From positions 26,040,001-26,104,000 of the forward strand of contig OX597818.1 in assembly GCA_951406725.2 (NCBI GenBank): a DNA stretch of 64,000 nt. The letters run 5' to 3'. Shown here one piece after another: positions 1-14,457 of this stretch; the first letter of the stretch is position 1; every line of letters begins with the position of its first letter. This DNA is from Octopus vulgaris. Lineage: Eukaryota. Position numbers and translations under genes: made by a program. Below the pieces are notes generated by a model. That model had not been told where the DNA came from. It saw nothing but the letters and a program-made list of their open reading frames with translations, and searched no databases.

Positions 1-409
1 TTAAAGACATAAAACCTGGGGTGATTCATTTGACTAAAAAATTCTTCAAGGTGACGCCCTAGCATGGCTGCAGTCTAATGACTGAAACAAAAATAGATAA
101 AAGATTTCAATTTGGTATCAAAGCAGAGATTGTCATTACAATTTTATATCAGCTCATTGCAGTTTGTTATTCAGACAAAAACTGTAATGACAGTCTGAAA
201 TCAGGACAGTGTCTTGTCATTGCTCTCCAGCACCTCGTGTTTGCTTTTTATATTTTTAAATTGCCATCCATTAGTTACAGTTACAAAAAAAAAACTTGTT
301 TTCTATACTAAAGTACTTCATTACTACCATTTAAAAATTGTTCAAAAATGGTTTAGAATACAAATGAAATTTGTTTTTCCAATTATTTCCTGAAATAAAC
401 AGTATTCTG

Positions 410-638
410 TTAACCCTTTCGTTACCAACCCGGCTGAAACCGGCTCTGGCTCTTTAGTACAAATGTCTGGTTTTCAAATGTTCTGAATTAAAACCTTCCA
501 CCAAACCTTAGTCACAATTTATGTCCCTAACTCTAGCTTAATGATAACGATGTTATTTTACTTAATTCTTTGTTATATTTAACATAATTGGAAGAAACAC
601 TGAGCATCTCAAAATAAATTCAGTAATGAAAGGGTAAA
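410..638. mobile_element. TTAA-targeting (piggyBac-like) MITE
   Basis: Starts TTAA-CCCTTTCGTTAC and ends GTAATGAAAGGG-TAAA, giving short TIRs with a TTAA-like TSD. Related copies lie at ~25275-25501 and 38065-38279. Confidence 0.7.
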
Positions 639-737
639 CAAGTAAAATATCTGTTATACTTGGATCAAAACAATATCCTTATGAAACATTAGTGTGTGTG
701 TGTGTATTCAACTATGAATGCTGTTATTTAAAAAGAT

Positions 738-778
<41 letters not shown>

Positions 779-915
779 GTAATGGTATCATTGAGACCCA
801 AAGGTGTCAGGTAATGTTGAATAAGTGCTATAAACAGACCATAGTTAAGTTCCAGGTTTGGGGATTTTGCGAATAAGGGGTTCAATGTTGGTCATATGTC
901 AGCGTGTGTATATAT

Positions 916-1396
916 GAATTTTTTGCGTAATGAGATAAAAAAAACCAAGGCTGTGTAGATATTAGAACATTTATATATAGAAGGTCTTACAGCTGTTTCC
1001 AGGATATTTATTAATTATATCCCTTCATCAGAGACGGTGTGAGAGGATGGTTAAGTAATAATTAATTTAGATAGGATACAAAATAGAGAGTGAGGTGGAG
1101 GAAAGAAAAGAGATGTGAGATATGTAGGGATATTGAATTTGTAGATCCATTTAGGCAGAATGGTACATATGTAAGATTCCAATACCTTATGAGAAAAAAA
1201 CCAACAGTATTTAAAATTGTTCATTACAAGTATAGAGTTTATACACAATGTAAGATTCCAATACATTATGAGTAAGATCCAATGGTAATGACCAATTTTA
1301 AATACCGTAAGACCTACTATATATCAGACCTTCTATATATAAATGTTCTAATATCTACACAGCCTTGGTTTTTTTTATCTCATTAAGCAAAAAGTT

Positions 1397-1397
<1 letters not shown>
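916..1397 (-). mobile_element. Penelope-like element 3' fragment with inverted pseudo-LTR tail
   Basis: The minus strand carries a weak GIY-YIG C-terminus-like remnant (NNFKY..VLESYI..), then a hammerhead. Arms 916-987 and 1326-1397 are inverted repeats. Flanked by (TA)n. Confidence 0.6.
984..1035 (-). ncRNA. Type I minimal hammerhead ribozyme (intact core)
   Basis: Minus strand reads GUCU-CUGAUGA-AGGGAUAU(aauuaauaa)AUAUCCUG-GAAA-CAGCUG-UA^AGAC. Stem I is GUCU/AGAC, stem II has 7 bp, stem III is the palindrome CAGCUG, and the cleavage triplet is GUA. Confidence 0.85.
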
Positions 1398-1448
<51 letters not shown>

Positions 1449-2316
1449 ATCAATATTACTCGGATAATGAAGACAGCTTGCAGAATCATTAGTATACTGG
1501 GTAAAATGCCTAGCAACATTTCATCCATTTCATTCAAATTCCGCTGAGGTCAGTTTTTGCCTTTCATCCTTTTGGGGTCAATAAAATAAGCACCAGTTGA
1601 CCACTGGGGGTTGATGATGTAATCAACTTATCCACTCTCCCGAAATTGCTGGCCTTCTGCCATTAGTAGAAAGAATTATTACTCACATGAGTACTGTAAA
1701 TAAGCTCAGATTGAGTCATATGTACAACTTGGTTTTGTTTGTAATCATTTCATATCTCCTACAACTTTCAAGTAACGATGATTGTTACATATCCTCATAC
1801 CCTAAATACCCTCATACCCAAGGTTCCACATAGTGGGACTGAACTCAAAAGTATATGATTAGGAAGAGAACATCTTAATTACACAGCTATGCCTACACAC
1901 ACACACCATCTTTTAATACCTGTTTTCCATGCTGGCATGGGTTGGACATGTGTGTGCGCATGCAAAATAAGAAAACTGGGAGACTTCTGGGGGTTTTGCA
2001 ATTTATATCAGGTCTTCTATGATCAACTGTACACTATTTACAACTGATATATCAATGTGAAAATGTCCTTTACAAAATTTAAAAGAATAATAAAATCTTT
2101 GCCAAAATATCATTTATAAATTGTATGTAGTTTAATACAGAACAAAAGTATATATTGTTTGAAAAAACTATACCATCTAGCATTCTTCATACTTCATTTA
2201 AACATACATAGCAATATTTCTGTAAAACCCAATGCAATACATTTAATGTAATACTTCAATAGTATTAAGTAATGCTTAATGTATTTACTAGACATTTTCT
2301 CTTAGCTAGGTGGGGG

Positions 2317-2348
<32 letters not shown>

Positions 2349-3303
2349 TACATACATACGAAATGAGGAAGAGAAAAAGAAACATAAAAATCACTGCCAC
2401 CAACTCACATCATAGCAATTTTTAGAGTGGCATTGCCACTCTGTGCTGAACAGGATATCATTTAAAGTATAATCATCTCAAATCACCTTGTTTAGGAATT
2501 TCACCTCATGAAAGTTAACCAGAGGGAATTGACACAACTGTTTGGTAGCAAATAGTGGCAAAATTATCATTTGAGAACATCTGAGCTTCATAATGATTGG
2601 ATTTATGTGTTATTGCTCTTTAAAACTGCCTATGGCATGTTTTCATGCTGAAATATTAGGTGTGTCATGTATATAATTTATTACTGTAGAAGCTTAATGG
2701 TATCAATTGTAAAAAGTTGTATTTATGCCATTTAAACACTGATAGCAGTATTTCTACAATGCTCTAATATAGTACATTTACTGTAGGTGTGTGTGTAGAC
2801 ATGGCTCACTTTGCAACCATGTGGTTTTGGGTTATATTCACTGTGACACCATAGGTGGCTTCTACTATAATCTCAACCAATGCAATGTGAAATAAATTTA
2901 GAAAAAAGAAGTTGCTCAAATTCTATCATATATCTGGTGTGTGTGTGTAATTGTTTACATTTGCACTTTTCCAAAAATCACTGTCAATAAGGTGAGATTT
3001 GACAGAATTGATTTTAGAGTGCAAGTAGGAGTTCACCACTTAGAACACGTGGAGAATAGACTCTCTCAAATGCCCAGTTATTAAAGGGAATAGATAGTTT
3101 CTATTACCTAGGTAACCTAATTAACAGTGGAGGTTTATCTTCTAAAAGTGTGGTTGCTAGAATAATAATAGGATGGAAAAAGTACAGTGTGCTGTTACCT
3201 ATGTTAGTAACAAAACCTTTCTACAATGCCATTTATATTCTGATTCCTGTTCCTTGTGAGTATACCCTGGCACTTCACCACCATCTCTCTCTCCTGTTCC
3301 CTC

Positions 3304-3369
<66 letters not shown>

Positions 3370-3436
3370 GAGTAACCATGAATCTCCTCTACAGCAAAAC
3401 ATCTGTTTTGGTCCTCATTCTCAATCATTCTCTCCT

Positions 3437-3492
<56 letters not shown>

Positions 3493-3627
3493 TCTCTCTC
3501 CTCTACAGTAAGATACCTGTTTCTGTCTGTGTTACATTATAACCTTTCATCGTCTAGCACAAGATCACCTCATCCAATGCCCCCTCTCCTCTCAAAGGAT
3601 CTTTGTCTTGCAAGTTACTTGGTGATC

Positions 3628-4270
3628 CTACCAGCGTTGGTGCCATGTAAAAAGCATCCAGTCCACTCTGTAAAGTGTTTGGCATTTGGAAGGGTATCCA
3701 GCTGTAAAATCTATGCCAAAATTGACCTCACCTGTATTGGTGTCACATAAAAAGCACTTAACCCACTCTACAGAGTAGTCAGTGTTAGGAAGGACATCCA
3801 GCTGTGGAATCCATGCCAAAGCAGATACTGAAGTCTAGTGCAGTCTTCTGCCTGGCCAGCTCCTGTCAAACCATCTAACTCATGCCAGCATGGAAAGCAG
3901 ATGTTAAATGATGATGATGATGATGATGACTCATGTACAAACAGAGGTGCAGAGAACATGTGAAGATCGGAAAGAAATTAAGCTAGCATGATCCTCTGGG
4001 TGTGCAATATCATTATGCTTGTATGGCAAAGTGCAAATATAGTGAGAGAAAAATTGGGCATAAGAGGTGTCAAATGTAGTATGCAAGAGAGAAGACTGCA
4101 CTGGTGTGGTTATATGATGCAGATGGTTTAGAGTGGCTGCATGATGAAGTGTTGATTGCTAAATATGGTTGGAGCCTGTAGAAGAGGGAAACTCTGGAAG
4201 ACAAGGGATGAAGTAGTGTTGACTGACCTCAAAGATATGACTGGTGGTATGATGTGATCATGAAGATCTC
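3628..4270 (+). mobile_element. SINE body with (GAT)n tail followed by RTE-type LINE 3' remnant
   Basis: Recurrent motif ggaagggcatccagctgt...catgccagcatggaaa-(gat)n. 3930-4270 is homologous to the RTE 3' ends at 22670-22885 and 35460-35830. Confidence 0.6.
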
Positions 4271-7200
4271 TCCATATCAACAAAAATTAGGTCTAAATGT
4301 ATGTTTATACCCCCCACCACATTCAATCTATACCTGTCAAACCTTCCCTTACTACTCATCTTCCTAACACCTTTCCCGCCATCACTCTTCTTACTACAAC
4401 ACGTTCAGGTGCTGTAATTATATATAACTTCCATCTGTGCTACTAGTTATTCCTCTCCTTGGAACCACTTTTTGTCACCATCCTGTTTTCTCAATATCAT
4501 CCCTTACCACTTTATTTTCCACTGAACAGCTCATATCTACCTCTGATGCTTGGCTTACAGTTAAAAGAAAATAAGTGAAAATTATTGATAAATGGATTTA
4601 AATGTAGTTGATTTTTAAAGATAGAAGATGTAAACAAAATAATGTATATTATTTTTAGAAACAAACTGGAATATTTTGCATGAAGTGTTATTTTGATTTC
4701 AGTATTGTATGAGAGGCCAAACTGCAATAGATTACTGTCCTCTAAATTGATGGAACATATGAATAAGATATGAAATTTATAAACTAGTGCTATGGAAACA
4801 GCCTAACTCCTACCAAAATACCTTCGCAACCCCTTTCTTTTGACTTTTATCCAATAAAGACAATGTTTATGTCAAGCCGTAACAGTTCACTACCTTACCA
4901 CCTGTATTCAATGACTGAGGTCTCCTCATTCTCTACGTCCATGGAACACACAAAGATGTGATCTTTGCAAGTCACATTGCAAACTAGGATGGACTCTCTA
5001 CCAATAAAACACACTTGGTCCATATTGTAGGACATACACAGCATAAAAATTGCTGAGTTTTCTTTGTTGGTATATGTGTTCAAACTGGTGCAGAATTGAT
5101 GACCCAACTGACTGTTGCCAGTATGGGAAAACAGATGTAAAGTACTGCCAGTGATAATAGTGGCAATAATGGCAACTTTACTAGAATATCATTATTATTA
5201 AATTCTAATTAAATCATAAATCATCTCTCTCTATTATACATAGGGGTGAATTTTCTAATAGTTTTCTAAGTTTTTGTCTGGCTAAATGTAATTCAATTCC
5301 AGTGAAATGTCTTAATGATGCTCAGAACTCACTCTTCAGAAATAATATGGCTTTTGTAACAGCTGTAAAAACCTTCAATCACAAGTGAACAGACACTTAG
5401 CAATTGTAAATCCCCATGGAATATTATTTAAATCTATTCAGACAAACTTAATTAAAATTTTAATTAACTCAACCTAATTCTCTATAATTTTCCAAACTTA
5501 AGGTTACAATAAGAATAATGTACATTTTTCCAGGAAATTATTACTGCATATTTTTGATGAAAGCTTTTCTTTGGCAGTTATTGGTTGCTTTTCTTCTTTT
5601 TTTAGTTTTGTATTAAATCTTTTAAAGATTTTTTTTCTTCTCATGATATATCAATATTGCCAAGTTGTTATAGTTTTGTACTTTAGGAAACAGGAAAAGA
5701 AAAAAAAAAAGAAAGTTTTATTCAAATTCTTAACTAAAATTTCATCTGGTTTTATCATATGTGGTATTACTTATCTTGGGAAATATTTTGGTGAGTTGGG
5801 GAACTGAAGCTTAAATTCTTTTAATGTTAGAATCTTCCAAAAATTATAAACTGTCTTTATCAAATAAATAGAATTTATTCATTAATGAAATTTTTTATCG
5901 GTACCATTCTCATATTTCATATTATACATAAAATATTTTCTAACCAAAGTTTTATGTATTGTTGTGGTGGTGGGGGTTTTTTTTTTTTTTTTTCTGCGGT
6001 CTCATTGAAATTAAACACATAATTATTGATTCCCTGTTTAGATCTGCTGTTCATTTGTTCACTCATGTTACATCTGTTGTTCCCTGCTAGCATAGGTTGT
6101 GTGTGTGTATATTCTGATGAATAAGTTTGCTTCAGGATCGTATAGTTTGTGGCTTGCTCTTACTGCATGGACGCCATCAGCTGGTGTCACAGGTTGGCCA
6201 GTACCATTGTGAATAACATTTGGTAGGTAGAAACTGAAACTTGTCACACACACACACACACACTTACGTGAGTATGGATGTATGATTGAACATGCACTCT
6301 TGTTATCTTGCTCTTTGCATGCTGATTGTAAACAAAGAGTTTCCATTCTTACAACCTTCATTGTTTATAGTTCTCTGTGAAAGCATGCCCAGGCTATCCT
6401 TCATTTTGTGTTATGGGAAGTATTATCTTGCTTGGAATAGATTAGGGTTGGCGGTTCAAAGAGCATCTGTCCAAAGAAAATGCTACCTCAACAAAGTCTC
6501 ATCTAATGCATGCAAGCATGGAAAAGTAGATATTAAAATGATGATGCTGTATGTTCATCATCATGATCGTCATTTACCATCATCATCACTGTCACCATTT
6601 AACATCCCTTTTTCCATGATGGCATGGATTGGCTTAGATTCTTTGCAGTTGAAATTATTGAGGATATTTATTCTTCTGACAAAGAGTTTACACTTTTACT
6701 GACAATGAGAGTGATTCAGATAATCAAACTGGTGAAAGTGATGAGGAAAATAGTGATTTGGGTGAACAAATACAGTAGTTGAGAGAAAGGCCTATTATTG
6801 TTATTCTCCTGAATTTTTTGTGATTCTGTCCATTAGTTTACCTGCAATCATTACTCTTGAGCTGTATATTTAACTGTTTATTGTTTTGCTCTGGAGCCCA
6901 GGTTGAGGGTAAAGTTAGACAAGGGTTAATAGACAGGAAATTGAAATTGTCTAAAATATTATGGAAAGAATTTCAAAAATTCCTCCTTTTTCATCTGAAT
7001 CTTATCATTAGTAAAACAACGATAGAGTTAAGACATACTATTTTTTTAAAACTTTTCCATTGTCAAACCTTTTTGCTATCAGTTTAGTTCTGCATAATGA
7101 TTTCACTTGTGTAAGATAAATAGTATGATAAAATTTCACAGCAAACTGAATTTCTTACAACAGTAAATTGTAAATTTTGTAAAAATAAATGGCAAGGATT

Positions 7201-8154
7201 CTTCTTACAGTTCTATAATTAAATGATAACACTATTTAAATGTTTCAAACTTTGCATTTCAGAGGGAAAATGGGAATTCTTGTAGCAAATGCATAAGACC
7301 TGAAAAATTTATTAGCTGATAGTTTAATGGCATATAAGGCTAATTTAACATATTTTAATGCATATAGATTAATATATTTTTTCATAATTCTATAGAATTA
7401 TTGACAATATTATTCATAATGCCAGTACTATTTATTTGTGCACTTACTTAATCAGCCATGGTGTTTAAAGACTTCCAAGTCTTTAAAAATTCAATGAAAC
7501 CCTCTTTTTCCTATAGTAGGAAATTAACTATGCCATTGGTACTGATCTACTTATCTATAGAATTAGAGGAAAGATCTTTTAAAAATGTATCCTTTCTGTT
7601 TATAAGAAAATGAAATAGAAATGTTATTGATTAGAATCAAATCTCTTTACAACACAGTGCTAAAAGCAGTGAGCCATAAAATTACCTTACTAATAGTACT
7701 TAACAAGGATACTTACTATTGATATTTTCCACTAATAGCATATTTTTCATGCTTCAATTAATCTCACATTTTTTTAAAGCTTTTTTTCCATATTTCCTTC
7801 ATTCTGCATATATCTATTTTCAGCAATATAGTGCTACAAAAAACACACATTAAAACCAAAAAAATGAGCAAAATATATTCTAGTCAATATGTTATCTTCC
7901 AAACAGCAGCTTTATTCCTTCACAATATGTAAGCAGTAAAAGAAGGTTTCTCTAATTGAGACTAACTTGGAAAAGTTCTGAACATATTAATTTACTGAGT
8001 TATAGTTTATTCAGTTTCATACTGTGCAGTTGTTGTTAGTCGCTTTCACACTGACTTTAAATTGTTGTTGCTGAAGAAAGCAAATTGTTTTATCTGTGAG
8101 AAATGTAATTTTTTCTTGCCTTCATCTGTAGCTCCAGGAACTCATGCCAGACTA

Positions 8155-9020
8155 TTGATCATTTGCTTCTGATGCCATATTTTAAGAAGATTCCAACAGT
8201 ATTTTTGTATTTTGTTATATACTTTTCTATTAGTGGTGTTTTTGCATGAGAAAAATTATATAATAGTTAAGAAAAATACACCTTGTTTGTCAATTATAGA
8301 TTTTTAAAAAATTTTATCATTTTTCTCTAACCTCAAGTGAAAACATCATTTCCTTTTTTATTATTATTATAAGAAATTTGACCTTTTAAACAGAACAAAC
8401 CTATTGGATCTTACAAGTCACATACTTAATTCTTGCCTTTAGCTAAATATCTAAATTTTGATAGTTAATGTATTTCTGTTGTATTTCATGATCTAACAAA
8501 CATTACAGTATCAACTATTCAAGTGGAATTTCTTATAAACATTTTTTTTTTTTTTTATAGGAAATGCAAGTCATACATTTATAATTTATATGTAAGATAA
8601 GAAAATATATATTTTCTAATAAAATATTTAATGCACTGAAGTCATATACATTAGTAAATTTTACTTTTTAGTAAATTAATAAATTACAAGTTATTTCTTT
8701 AGCCAAAATCTAACAGAGTAAACAGCTTATTATGAGTGGATTGATCATTTTGCTTCTGATTCTATATTTTAAAATTCCAACAATATTTTTATATTTGGTC
8801 TTATATTTTTCTATTAGTGGTGTTTTTTATTTGGTTTTGTTTTGTTTTTTGTAAGAAAAAGTATATAATAGTTAAGAAAAATCATTTTGTTTGTCTGTTA
8901 TAAATATATTTTAAAATTTTAACTGTTAGTTGCATTTTGTCTCTCACCTGAAGTGAAAATATCACACTTTTCATAATTTAAAAATTTGACCTTTTAAACA
9001 GAACAATCCTATTGGACCTT
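8155..9020 (+). repeat. Diverged direct duplication (~270 bp x2)
   Basis: 8155-8413 and 8741-9021 are co-linear from ttgatcatt(t)tgcttctgat through cttttctattagtggtgttttt to gaccttttaaacagaacaa.cctattgga. Confidence 0.85.
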
Positions 9021-10092
9021 AGAGATTTTATAAGTCTTTGGGATTTTTCCACCTCCAGTTTTAAAACAATAGTTTGTTGGGAAAATTTAGTTGCTTCATA
9101 AACTGCATTGAAGCACTATATTGATGCTCCTTCACTGATTTATCAAAGGAATACATAAATACATTGTGGTTGTGTTTTTTTTCTATCATAATACAACCTA
9201 ATGATATTGTTTTTAACAAGCAACAAAAATAGCAGCCATATAGGTTAGAATTACTGGTATGCCGTCAAACATATTACTAAAAATCACAAATAGTAATAAG
9301 CTTAATGTAAAATAGTAAATAAATGTTTAATTCATGTCTAATTATCAAACAAGGCAATAAATTTTAATGCTTAACAACACCACAGCCGAACAACAATAAT
9401 AACAATAATCATAATAATAATGATGATGGCCTCTCCTGTAGAAGATGATGTGTGAGTGTTTAGCTTTTGCTAAACAACCTTCAAAAATGATTTGTTTATA
9501 GTGCTCAGATGTATAGCCTCAAATTAACATTGCCTGCACAAGTGTGCCACACATTAGTGTCAAAGTGATCATAGAGCAACATGAGATGAAGTGTTTTGTT
9601 CAAGAATACAATGTACCACCCAGTCTAGGAATTGAAACCATGATCTTGTGATCATGAGTGCAACACCCTAACTACTAGGCCATGCACCTGCATAATAATA
9701 ATGATGATAATAATAATAATACTAATAATAATATTAAGAGTAGAAAAGGAAAAAATACCAGGAGATGGCTCTGGCTAAAAAGTGGTGATCAGTGGGGTCA
9801 GACCAAGGTTTGATCAACCCTCATTGGGTCACCTGGATTAGATTGTATATTGCAAAATCCAGGGAGTCCAGGATGCAACATTGATGAAGTTTATAACAGG
9901 TATTTAAATACATAATTTACAAAAGCAAACAGTACAAAAATGGAAGGGAAAAAAAGTTAGAACAAGGAAATCAATAAATGAATAATTGAAATAGAGGCAT
10001 GCACACTCCCTCAGTGTGTATGCTAGCAAAAACTGGCGTTCTTTTAAAAATTTGAGACCCCCCACACACACTCACACACAACATGGTATGAA

Positions 10093-10483
10093 AGGTGTGA
10101 CTGTGTGGCAAGAAGCTTGCTTCCTGACCACATGGTTCCAGGTTCAGTCCCACTACATTGCACCTTGGGAAAGTGTCTTCTACTATAGATTTGGACTGAC
10201 CAAAGCCTTGAGAGTGGATTTGGCAGATGGAAACTGAATGAAGCTTATCATAGATGTGTGTGTGTGTGTGTCATTGTGTCTGTGTCCCCCATCACTACTT
10301 TACAACTGATGTTGGTGTGTTTATGTCCCTGTAACTTAGTGGTTCAGTAAAAGAAACTGATAGAATAAGTACTAAACTTTAAAAAAAGTCCTGGGGTTGA
10401 TTCATTCGACTAAAACCTTTCAAGGTAATACTCCAGTTTGACTGCAGTCAAATGACTAAAACAAGTAAAAGAATAAAAGAAAG
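10093..10483 (+). mobile_element. tRNA-derived SINE
   Basis: Head with B-box-like ggttcagtccc, a body shared with 42185-42560, 27457-27735, 61817-61950 and 1-103, and an (A3-4G)n tail. Confidence 0.75.
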
Positions 10484-11663
10484 AATATCAATGGATGATT
10501 TCAAGGTTGAGGCAGTGGAACAGCCAGGCTGTCTCCCAAGCATCAGCTGGTATTTCAGTGAGGCATAATACTAACAAAGCAAAATACTTTGTCAATAATC
10601 CAGCACCTTACCTACAAATTCAGCTATGGATGTAGTAATTCCTACCTTTGCCACAGCATTAAGGACATGTAATAGAGCATATGACTTGCAAATGGTGGCA
10701 TCTAATACAAAGCATTTGCTTCTAACTTTAGAACAATAGCTAAATCTACTAGACCTCTTCCCATCATCCCTGGACAGTTCCACTGATTCCAGAGTTGAGG
10801 GGATATTGACCATAGCTGGGGTTCATTTAATGTTTAGGTTTATCTTGTAGCAACTAATGTGACCCACATTCAGTTAACATGATAATTCATGAAGACTGCA
10901 GGGATCAAGGTGCTTATCACAGTAACACCTCATTCTCCCACACACACCAGCTTCGATCGACTCTGATGGTATTGAATTTATTCAGTCTAAGTAAGCCACT
11001 GATGTTTTTCTGAAGGCAAAATGTCATTTCAATCTTCAGAAAATTTAGCTCTCACAGAAATTTGGCAGCATCTCAAGTTTTGCTGAATACTGCTTTTCTT
11101 TGTTGAAATTTAGGGTACACTTTTAACTCTAAATACTCTTGTGTTTCAGTGAATACTGTTTTGTTTGTTTGTTTGTTTGTTTTTTAAGGTTTTCATGTTT
11201 TTTTTTTTATTTAAACCTTGACAAGTCAAATTGGCATAGAGATCAGAGCACCAGCAAGTTTACATTTTTATAATCCAAATCCTGCTTTGGTCGATATCGC
11301 TCTTTAATGTTCTGGAATCAAGACAATAAATCCTAGATCAGTTGAAAAGTGGTGGGGGCAAGTGCAATCTGAACATCCAATATGTCTAGGGGTTTCTTTT
11401 CTTTGCCAAGGAGCCCATTTATTTACATTAATTTTCCAATACCTCCATGCTTTTGAAAGGTCTGTCTGTTGAAGAAGCCAATTTTATTAACTAAGAACAA
11501 ACTCATCTTCTCAGTTTCATCTCTCAGCAGAAAGATATGTCACTGGATATGGTAGCTTTTTAAAATTTTGAACACAGCCATAGACTGCCAGTACTACTTA
11601 TGTAAAACCAGATTGGGAACAGTCAAGCTAATGGGATACTTGGTGTATAAAATACTGCTGAAT

Positions 11664-11877
11664 GATAATCTTCATCTCCAGCTTAACATGGATGTCTTGT
11701 TAGATCCTTTTATATAGGCATTTGGTGCATAAAAGCACACACACACAGATTGTTGCTACAATCTATGTGTGTGCTTTTATCCACCAAGTGCCTATATGAG
11801 AGGATCTCTCGAGGCTAGTAACACAGTATTCAGTGTTCTAACAATACGTCCATGTTAAGTTGGATATAAAGATTATC
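11664..11877. repeat. Foldback/palindromic MITE-like hairpin
   Basis: gataatcttcatctccagcttaacatgga... pairs with ...tccatgttaagttggatataaagattatc. Inner arms agatccttttatataggcatttggtgcataaaagcacac/gtgtgcttttatccaccaagtgcctatatgagaggatct. Apex near 11755. Confidence 0.85.
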
Positions 11878-12713
11878 TTTTGGTATTAATATTGCTTCCC
11901 TCATTAATAGTTATAATAATTACTGAATATATTAAAACATGGCAAACATTAGTATAGATCCAGCTCATTGTGAAAACTGTCTCTTCTTTATATATAAAAA
12001 AAAACTCTAAAATTAATTTACTAACATAATTACTACCATTTTCTTTTTTATCAAATCCCTTGATTAATTTCAATGTAAATTGAATAAGAATTTAAAATCT
12101 GAGTTTGAAATCAATCAGTTGATTGATCAGTCAGTAAAAAGAAGCAACATAATTGAAAGAAATACATTTATTACAAATGCTGTTTGTTCTAATGTATTTA
12201 TTTTAGTTTATTTTTTAAAAAATATCCTATGAGCATAGCAAGTCATTTCTCTATATGTTATCTCTTCTGATCATCAATGGCTAAGGCAAAAAATAGTCAT
12301 GATAAATTTCCTTCACACTTCAGACATTCATTTCAGTTTGTTTTTATTAAATCTTCTAAGTGTATCAACATGTATGTATGTGTGAGAAAGTGGGAGAGAG
12401 ATAGCACGCATTTTATGTGTGCATGTTTGTGCATCTACATATGTATATATTCTAAGTTTGGTACAAACCATTTATGTATGTTTATGTAAGAGTCGTTCAT
12501 AATCAATGTTTTTTTTTTAATCTTTTATTTGTTTCAGTCATTGCACTACAGCCATGCTGAGGCACCACCTTGAATGGGGTTTTAGTCAACAAATCAATCT
12601 CAGTATTTATTTTTTCAAGTGTGTTACTTATTTTATTGGTTTATGTTACTGACCCACTAATCTGTGGGGACAAAAGCAAACCAACACCAGTTGTCAAGCC
12701 GTGGTAAGGAGAA

Positions 12714-12755
<42 letters not shown>

Positions 12756-13614
12756 GATAAATAGATAGATATAAATATTTATGATGGGCTTCCATACAGT
12801 TTGTCTACCAAATTTCTTTACAAGGCATAAACCTAAAACTGTGGTTGCAAGGCAAGCTTCTTAATGGCACAGCCATGCCTATATATGTATATTTACATGC
12901 ATACACACACACACATACACACATACATTTATATAACTTACACATGCACACATATATTATATATATATATATATATACCTATAAGATTGTTGTTATTACA
13001 TCAATAAAAATTTGATGTGTACCATTGAATATATTTCTAAATAATAATTGATTATAATTTATGATCTGTTTCGAATTAATAATTTATGACTTACATAGTT
13101 CCAGTTATTAGTGAGAGAAATCACCTGCAATGTCCTCCCACTTTTCAACATTCATGAAAAGAGACTTCATAACTCCTTGTGGGGCAGGGTGTACAAACAC
13201 ACAGATATATATCCATTAACAGATGATAAAAGAACAGGAATTACATAACCACATTCATTACCTTACAACTGTTTCTGTTATAAGAAGCTTGCACTCAGAG
13301 CTGACTGTATGTGCAACTTCTTATATCTTCCCTAGAGCCATTTATATGAAGTGTATACTTATTGTAGAAAGCATTAAATTCATTGAGTTGGTGACATGCA
13401 CAATTATATATGTAATATAATACAGTTTGAGTCAGCAAAACCCTACCCAAATACTACTAATACATATATAAATATAATTTTTTTTAATTTTTAGAACTAG
13501 AATAAATTCATAGACTCTGTGTTTGTATGAAAGAGAGAGAATAAACAGACACCCACATATATATACATGTGTGTCCTTATATCCCATACATATGTACAGA
13601 AATACAGATACAGC

Positions 13615-13660
<46 letters not shown>

Positions 13661-14368
13661 CATGTGTGTTATCTGTGTAGAGACAGATAAACATTGATAT
13701 ACAGATGTACCTATACATATCTGTTTATACATCCACGTAATAAACACATATCTACACACAGATACACATACAAAAATACATCAATACCTATTTACAAATG
13801 CACACATAAGTACAAATTAGACAAGTAGACATAAACAAAACTAAATCAACTCAAAAAAGATACAAGAGAATAAAGACACAGATAGTTAATAGACATATGT
13901 CAAGGACAAATCCAACTATATATATCTATATATATTTACCACTTCTTGAAAAAGTTTATTTTTCTTGTGATGGCTTTTGTGTGAAACAGCTATTATTCTG
14001 TATGTAAACACCAAGAACATTCTCTATTTTCTCTCAATTCCTAAACTATTAACTTTCTATGAAAAAAATGCATGCACACATTCCCTGGATTTCCTCCAGA
14101 TTATAATTTATAAGTTACAGGTTATATCATGCAAGCAATTTCTAAAAAGAATGAAATATTTCTGTACATGTCTACCACCAACTAGAAATTGTAAGCACTC
14201 TATAATAAGTGAAAAGAGAATTTAGATATGTGAATTTTATGCATCTTTTTCCTCTTAATTTCTAATCTTGCTTCAAATCGTAAGAAGCTGACTATTTCCT
14301 TTGTAATAGCTGCTATCACTAGAGGGAACCATATGTATTTGAAAATTGAGATAAACTGAAAAGACCTA

Positions 14369-14438
<70 letters not shown>

Positions 14439-14457
14439 CACACTTATTTTTTTATCT

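Noticed and set aside
175-237. Candidate exon DKNCNDSLKSGQCLVIALQHL for the membrane protein ectodomain
   Set aside because: The donor is weak (gtgttt), the phase is not compatible with downstream phase-1 exons, and no domain is recognised.
1355-1547. Short ORFs rich in YI, SL, RE, HT or CV repeats (here and at 3150-3428, 29901-30184, 43479-43810 etc.)
   Set aside because: They are translations of (TA)n, (CT)n and (CA)n microsatellites.
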